NCBI GenBank assembly: GCA_045534105.1
Contig: JAZSJB010000017.1
Coordinates: 8,591 to 72,590, forward strand
Direction: 5' to 3'
Length of the DNA stretch: 64,000 nt
Source of the DNA: Lawsonibacter sp.
Lineage (GTDB): Bacteria; Bacillota; Clostridia; Oscillospirales; Oscillospiraceae
The notes beneath the pieces were generated by a model. The model had not been told where the DNA came from. It ran no database searches and was given only the letters and a program-made list of their open reading frames with translations. Shown piece after piece: positions 59,123 to 64,000 of the stretch. The number at the start of each line of letters is the position of its first letter. The stretch's first letter is position 1. The position numbers and the translations under genes are program-made.

Positions 59123-59533
59123 ATGAATTACATCATCACCGTCAATGGTAAGACCTACAGCGTGTCCGTGGAGAAGGAAGGCGCTGCCAAGGCGGCTCCC
59201 GCTGCCGCTCCCGTGGCTGCTCCTGTTGCTGCCCCTGTTGCTGCCCCTGTTGCTGCCCCCGCTCCTGCCGCTGCCCCCGCTCCTGCCGCTGCCCCCGCTC
59301 CCGCTGCTGTGGCCGTCGGTGAGACTGCCGTCAACAGCCCCATGCCCGGCAACGTCTTCAAGGTGGAGTGCTCTGTGGGCCAGTCTGTGAACGCCGGTGA
59401 CGTGCTGGTGGTTCTGGAAGCCATGAAGATGGAAATCGAAGTCTCCGCTCCCTGTGCCGGTACCGTCAAGGCCATTTCCGCCAACGTGGGTTCCGCTGTC
59501 AACACCGACGATCTGCTGGTCACCCTGGGTTAA
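59123..59533 (+). CDS. gcdC: Biotin carboxyl carrier subunit of a Na+-translocating decarboxylase
   Basis: EAMKM biotinylation motif; Ala/Pro linker. Confidence 0.9.
   Translation: MNYIITVNGKTYSVSVEKEGAAKAAPAAAPVAAPVAAPVAAPVAAPAPAAAPAPAAAPAPAAVAVGETAVNSPMPGNVFKVECSVGQSVNAGDVLVVLEAMKMEIEVSAPCAGTVKAISANVGSAVNTDDLLVTLG
59193..59308 (+). repeat. Coding tandem repeats for the Ala-Pro linker
   Basis: GCTGCCCCTGTT-type 12-mers and GCTGCCCCCGCTCCTGCC 18-mers encoding AAPV/AAPAPA. Confidence 0.8.
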
Positions 59534-59551
59534 TTTCAGGAGGACTGCACT

Positions 59552-59878
59552 ATGCCGAGTATTGAAAAAGCCATTCTTGACCCCTTTGCACCGATGAGCG
59601 TGGGTGACGCGCTCATGGTGGCGGTCTGTGGTATAGTGGTCGTGTTCATCGTGCTGGCTGTGCTGGCTCTGATGATCATGGTCATCTCCAAGGTCGTGGG
59701 TTTCATCGAGGGTAAGATGCCTGTTGCGGCTCCTGCCCCCAAGGCGGCGCCTGCCGCCGCTCCCGCTCCCAAGCAGGAGGATGACGAGGAGATTATCGCC
59801 GTCATCACCGCCGCCGTTGCCGCCGAGATGGGCACTACCCCCGACCAGACCCGTCTCACCAGTGTCATGAGATACTAA
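59552..59878 (+). CDS. gcdD: OadG-family (delta) subunit of the Na+-translocating decarboxylase
   Basis: [16 protein letters not shown] linker, [12 protein letters not shown]. Confidence 0.88.
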   Translation: MPSIEKAILDPFAPMSVGDALMVAVCGIVVVFIVLAVLALMIMVISKVVGFIEGKMPVAAPAPKAAPAAAPAPKQEDDEEIIAVITAAVAAEMGTTPDQTRLTSVMRY

Positions 59879-59897
59879 GAGGGGAGGAGACAGAACA

Positions 59898-61088
59898 ATG
59901 GGATTTTTTACTGAAGTTATGTCCAAGATTTTGGGCAGTTCCGGTTTTGCCGCCTTCGCCGGTGCCTCTGACGCTACCGGTGCCTGGTGGGATTGGCGCA
60001 ATGCCGTGATGATCTTGGTGGCCTGCGTGCTGCTGTACATGGGCATTGGCAAGAAGTTCGAGCCTCTGCTGCTGGTCCCCATCGCCTTTGGTATGCTGCT
60101 GGCCAACCTGCCCCTGACCCTGCTGTTTGCTGAGCCCGCCTACGATGCGGCTACCCACAGCGGTACAGTGGGCTTTATGTGGGTGCTCTATCAGGGCGTC
60201 CAGTATGCCATCTATCCGTCCATTATCTTTATGGGTATCGGTGCTATGACCGACTTTGGTCCTCTGCTGGCCAACCCCATCTCCCTGATTCTGGGCGCTG
60301 CCGCTCAGTTGGGCATCTTTGCCGCCTTCCTGATGGCTCTGGTGCTGGGCTTCAAGCCCTGTGAGGCCGCTGCCATCGGTGTCATTGGCGGCGCGGACGG
60401 CCCCACCGCCATTCTGACTGCCTCCAAGCTGGCCGTGGAGCTGCTGCCGGCCATTGCTATCGCAGCCTACTCCTATATGGCGCTGATCCCCCTGATCCAG
60501 CCCCCCATTATGAAGCTGCTGACCACCAAGAAGATGCGTCAGGTCAAGATGACTCAGCTGCGTCCCGTGTCCAAGACCGAGAAGATCATCTTCCCCATCG
60601 CGGTGTCCATCTTTGTCATCCTGCTTATTCCTGACACCGCTCCTCTGATCGGCATGCTCATGCTGGGCAACCTGTTCCGTGAGTGTGGCGTGACCGAGCG
60701 TCTGTCCGACACCGCTCAGAACGCCCTGATCAACATCGTGACCATTCCTCTGGGTCTGTCCGTGGGCTTCAAGGCTACCGGTGAGAACTTCCTTACCGTG
60801 CAGACTCTGTCCATTATCGCTCTGGGCCTGACCGCCTTCCTGCTGTCCACCGCCGGTGGCCTGCTGCTGGGCGACCTGCTCTACTTCCTGACCAAGGGCA
60901 AGATCAATCCTCTGATCGGCTCCGCCGGCGTGTCCGCCGTGCCTATGGCCGCCCGTGTGGCTCAGACCGTGGGTCAGAAGGAGAACCCCTCCAACTTCCT
61001 GCTCATGCATGCCATGGGTCCCAATGTGGCCGGCGTGATCGGCTCCGCTGTCGCGGCGGGCTTCATGATCAAGGTCTTTGGCGGCTGA
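59898..61088 (+). CDS. gcdB: Na+-translocating decarboxylase beta subunit
   Basis: [54 protein letters not shown]. Confidence 0.95.
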   Translation: MGFFTEVMSKILGSSGFAAFAGASDATGAWWDWRNAVMILVACVLLYMGIGKKFEPLLLVPIAFGMLLANLPLTLLFAEPAYDAATHSGTVGFMWVLYQGVQYAIYPSIIFMGIGAMTDFGPLLANPISLILGAAAQLGIFAAFLMALVLGFKPCEAAAIGVIGGADGPTAILTASKLAVELLPAIAIAAYSYMALIPLIQPPIMKLLTTKKMRQVKMTQLRPVSKTEKIIFPIAVSIFVILLIPDTAPLIGMLMLGNLFRECGVTERLSDTAQNALINIVTIPLGLSVGFKATGENFLTVQTLSIIALGLTAFLLSTAGGLLLGDLLYFLTKGKINPLIGSAGVSAVPMAARVAQTVGQKENPSNFLLMHAMGPNVAGVIGSAVAAGFMIKVFGG

Positions 61089-61102
61089 TCCTCAAACAAT
61101 AC

Positions 61103-61139
61103 AAAACACCGTGCGAACTGTGTTCGCACGGTGTTTTTC
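61103..61139 (+). terminator. Operon terminator
   Basis: AAAACACCGTGCGAAC-TGT-GTTCGCACGGTGTTTT. Confidence 0.88.
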
Positions 61140-61209
61140 TGTGCCTTGCAACCCTTGGAGGCGCAGGAAAAATATTTCGCAAAAAAGCGAAAAAATTTGA
61201 AATTAGGGC

Positions 61210-61238
61210 TTGCATTGTGGGGGGCTTTGTGCTATTAT
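61210..61238 (+). promoter_or_regulatory. tRNA promoter
   Basis: TTGCAT-17 bp-TATTAT with extended -10 TG and an AT-rich UP region. Confidence 0.7.
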
Positions 61239-61261
61239 AATTTAGCTGTCAAGAGCAGTAT

Positions 61262-61338
61262 GCGGCTGTAGCTCAGCTGGATAGAGTGTTTGGCTACGAA
61301 CCAAAAGGTCGGGGGTTCGAATCCCTTCAGCCGTACCA
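61262..61338 (+). tRNA. tRNA-Arg(ACG)
   Basis: Full cloverleaf; anticodon arm TTTGG-CTACGAA-CCAAA; GGTTCGAATCC; encoded CCA. Confidence 0.97.
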
Positions 61339-61526
61339 AAAAGCAGATGCCTATTTGGGTATCTGCTTTTTTGTATTTTCTATACGCTGAAGGGGTTCGA
61401 ACCCTGAGAGGGTGAGCGGCGAAACAAGGATATGCCGGTGGCATATCCGCGCCGCGAAGTCCGCAGCGGCTGTGCCGCAAGGACAGCATACGCAAAGCGG
61501 ATGCATCCCTTCAGCCGTACCAAAAA
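61339..61526 (+). repeat. tRNA-linked structured mini-element bounded by a duplicated tRNA 3' end
   Basis: ATCCCTTCAGCCGTACCAAAAA at 61321-61342 and 61505-61526; inverted tRNA-end copy at 61383-61404. Confidence 0.85.
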
Positions 61527-61605
61527 ATCCCTCGCCCATCGGTCGGTGGATTTTTTGTTTGTGCGGCGCAGGGATTTGAAACCTGCTCCAACGTTGCATC
61601 AAACA

Positions 61606-61641
61606 AAAATCCCTGCCGCAGCTGCGGCAGGGATTTTCTTT
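61606..61641. terminator. Bidirectional terminator
   Basis: AAAATCCCTGCCGCAG/CTGCGGCAGGGATTTT palindrome. Confidence 0.8.
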
Positions 61642-61645
61642 TGAA

Positions 61646-62323
61646 TTAGGACAAGCCGATGGCGTGGCTGACGGGCAGGGACAGGACCACACCCTTGGCG
61701 GGGGTCTTGAGCCCTGCCTCCCGGCTGATGGCCTGCATCACGTCCTGACGCTTTTCTGTGGGGACCACCAGGAAGACGATCTCCTTTTCGGACTGAATGG
61801 AGATGCCCAAAAACTGCTCCACATCCTCCGAGCCGATGCCACGGGTGTTTAGCACGGTGCCGCCGGGAGCACCCACCTGGCGGGCGGCTTCCATCACAAG
61901 GTCGGTGTAGCCACGGTTAATGAGGGCGACGACCATTTCATACTTTCCTTCACAGGCCATAACAGATTCAGTCCTTTCTTCTTTAGGCTGTGCGTGTTCT
62001 GTCAGCGTGCGGTACATTTTGGCGCTGACGCTGCTCACAGGGACGGCAAAGGAGATGCCCTTGCCGGGATAACGCATTTTCATTCCGTCTGCCAGACGTT
62101 CCAGTAGGGGGCAGACGGTGTACTCCGGGACAAAGGAAATCACCGTATCCTTCTTTGTCTCGCCCAGACCGAGCAGGTCCAGCATCTCTGAGCGGGCGGT
62201 CCCATGGCCAAGACTAACCAGATGGATGGGAACGCCTTCGCTCCGGCACAGATCGACTACCTTTTCACACTTGCCCCGGTCTACGATGGTGACCACCATG
62301 TGAATGGCAATTTGTTCATTCAT
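61646..62323 (-). CDS. PII-like protein with two tandem PII domains
   Basis: Two halves: VVTIVDRG...GHGT...KKDTV...PGKGISFAVPV and VVALINRG...GGTV..RG...EKEIV...PAKGVVLSLPV. Confidence 0.8.
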   Translation of the reverse strand: MNEQIAIHMVVTIVDRGKCEKVVDLCRSEGVPIHLVSLGHGTARSEMLDLLGLGETKKDTVISFVPEYTVCPLLERLADGMKMRYPGKGISFAVPVSSVSAKMYRTLTEHAQPKEERTESVMACEGKYEMVVALINRGYTDLVMEAARQVGAPGGTVLNTRGIGSEDVEQFLGISIQSEKEIVFLVVPTEKRQDVMQAISREAGLKTPAKGVVLSLPVSHAIGLS

Positions 62324-63851
62324 GGGAGTCCGCCTCCTTGATCTCGATAATATCGTCGTCCTCGTCTTCCAACTCGGGCTGGACGGGAGCGGTCTGCGCG
62401 GGCTTGCTGCGCAGCTTGTAAACAAGACCCAGCAACTGAATGGTGATGAGAGGGGTCATAGCGACCATGGACACGATGCCGAAGGCGTCGGTCAGGATGT
62501 TGCCTCCTACGGCCTCGCATGCGCCCATGGCGAAGGGGAGCAGGAACGTGGTGGTAAGCGGGCCGCTGGCCACACCGCCGGAGTCAAAGGCAATGCCGGT
62601 AAACATTTTGGGCACGAAGAAGGTCAGGCCCAGTGCCAGAGCGTAACCGGGGATAAGCAGCCAATAGATGGAAATGCCCGTAAGTACCCGCACCATGGAC
62701 AGGGCCAGTGAGGTGGCCACGCCCAGAGAGAGGGAGAGCATCATGGCTCGCTGGGAAATGCCGCCATTGGTGATGGTGGCGACCTGCTTGTTCAGCACCT
62801 GTACCGCCGGCTCGGCTGTGACAATGAAGTAGCCGATGACCATACTCAGGGGGATGACAAGCCAGCTCTGCTTCATGGTGGCCAGCTGACTGCCCAGATA
62901 GTGGCCGGCGGGCATAAAGCCCACATTCACGCCGGTCAGGAAGGTGGCAAGGCCGGTGAACGTATACAGAAAGCCTACGCCGATCTTGCGAAGCTGATGC
63001 TTGGAAAAGCGGCGAAAGGCCACTTGGAAAATCACACAGAACAGCAGGATGGGGACAAGAGCGGAAATGACCTCGTGGATATAGTCGGGCAGGGAGGAGG
63101 TGAAGGCCAGTGCCACCTCGCGAGTGTCCGCCACGTCAGGCAGGGTGATAGGGGTGTAGGACGGATCGGATCCGCTGAAGCAGATGCCAAGAATAAGCAC
63201 TGCCAGAATGGGGCCAATACTACACAGGGCGACCAGACCGAAGCTGTCGTCCTGAGAACCTCGGTCACCGCGTATGGAGGCCACGCCCACACCAAGAGCC
63301 ATAATAAAAGGAACGGTGATGGGGCCGGTGGTCACGCCGCCGGAGTCAAAGGCCACGGACACGAATTCATTGGGTACGAAAGCAGACAGCAGGAATACCG
63401 CGCCATAGAAAAAGACCAGCAGCTTGGACAGGGAGACCTGGAACAGGGTGCGCAGAATGGCAATGACAAAGAAGGAGCCAACCCCCAGCGCTACCGTCCA
63501 GATGAGTACCGCGTTGGGGATAGAGGGCACCTGATCGGCCAGCACCTGCAGGTCGGGTTCCGCCATAGTGATGAGCAGGCCGATGAGGAAGGTCACGCTG
63601 CATACAAGCCAGATGTTTCTGGTCTTGGGCAACTGCGCGCCGATACCCTCGCCCATGGGGGTCATGGCCAGGTCGGTGCCCAGTGAGAACAGGCCCGTAC
63701 CCAGGATCAGCAGAAATGTGCCTACAAGGAACAGCACCAGCATGTCAAGGGGCATGGGGCAGATGGTAACGCTGAGCAGCAGTATGATAAATGTGATGGG
63801 AAGGACGGAGGACAGGGCCTCGCGCACCTTTTCCCGGAGCACCTGATTCAT
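62316..63851 (-). CDS. Tandem DUF1538 membrane protein
   Basis: Duplicated AEP.(L/V)QVL and AFDSGGV(T/A)(T/S)GP motifs; GGAGG RBS. Confidence 0.85.
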   Translation of the reverse strand: MNQVLREKVREALSSVLPITFIILLLSVTICPMPLDMLVLFLVGTFLLILGTGLFSLGTDLAMTPMGEGIGAQLPKTRNIWLVCSVTFLIGLLITMAEPDLQVLADQVPSIPNAVLIWTVALGVGSFFVIAILRTLFQVSLSKLLVFFYGAVFLLSAFVPNEFVSVAFDSGGVTTGPITVPFIMALGVGVASIRGDRGSQDDSFGLVALCSIGPILAVLILGICFSGSDPSYTPITLPDVADTREVALAFTSSLPDYIHEVISALVPILLFCVIFQVAFRRFSKHQLRKIGVGFLYTFTGLATFLTGVNVGFMPAGHYLGSQLATMKQSWLVIPLSMVIGYFIVTAEPAVQVLNKQVATITNGGISQRAMMLSLSLGVATSLALSMVRVLTGISIYWLLIPGYALALGLTFFVPKMFTGIAFDSGGVASGPLTTTFLLPFAMGACEAVGGNILTDAFGIVSMVAMTPLITIQLLGLVYKLRSKPAQTAPVQPELEDEDDDIIEIKEADSHE

Positions 63852-63967
63852 ATGTGGCGATACCTCCAGGGTGCATAGTAGTCTTATCTAATATTAACCG
63901 AAAAGAGCGGGCATTGCAACCAAATCACGCAAACAAAGGGTAAAGATTTCTTAACTCTAAACGAAAA

Positions 63968-63998
63968 TGTGCCGGAGTCCCAAAGGACTCCGGCACAT
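63968..63998 (-). terminator. Terminator of an upstream gene outside the window
   Basis: ATGTGCCGGAGTCC-CAAA-GGACTCCGGCACAT. Confidence 0.7.
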
Positions 63999-64000
63999 GA

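Noticed and set aside
59193-59308. CRISPR-like or contingency repeat
   Set aside because: In-frame Ala/Pro linker codons with no spacers; no CRISPR array or cas gene is seen anywhere in the window.

Overview
Genomic window from a GC-rich, spore-forming Clostridia-class firmicute (Oscillospiraceae-like; inferred from gene content). Positions ~413-30203 are an integrative mobilisable element inserted in a tRNA-Pro(CGG) gene. Only the 3' half of the tRNA remains, at 30159-30203, and a 9-bp tRNA-end core at 413-421 suggests a second element is stacked on the left. The backbone (minus strand) has two tandem tyrosine integrases (one broken by an in-frame TAG), a MobP3-type relaxase with Sel1 repeats, a relaxosome helper, HTH/excisionase genes and a sigma-70 region-4 regulator with a structured leader. 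No T4SS genes are present. The cargo is a ~21.5-kb cobalamin-riboswitch-controlled anaerobic cobamide operon, closely bracketed by a ~32-bp imperfect direct repeat that has a third copy between the integration and mobilisation modules. The operon lacks cbiL, cysG/hem genes, cbiMNQO and pduX. It carries a lipoprotein CbiK and an ApgM-like phosphotransferase. The rest is chromosomal: yitT-like, dpaL, ftsK, uppP, tepA, a ceramidase-like gene plus a collapsed paralog, M18 aminopeptidase, coaE, sua5, prfA, ABC-F, murF, ddl, an IS200, an AraC regulator with the 2-hydroxyglutarate glutamate-fermentation cluster (gctAB gcdA hgdCAB gcdCDB), tRNA-Arg(ACG) followed by a tRNA-end-bounded structured mini-element, and a DUF1538/PII-like pair. 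All calls were made by eye; no searches were run.
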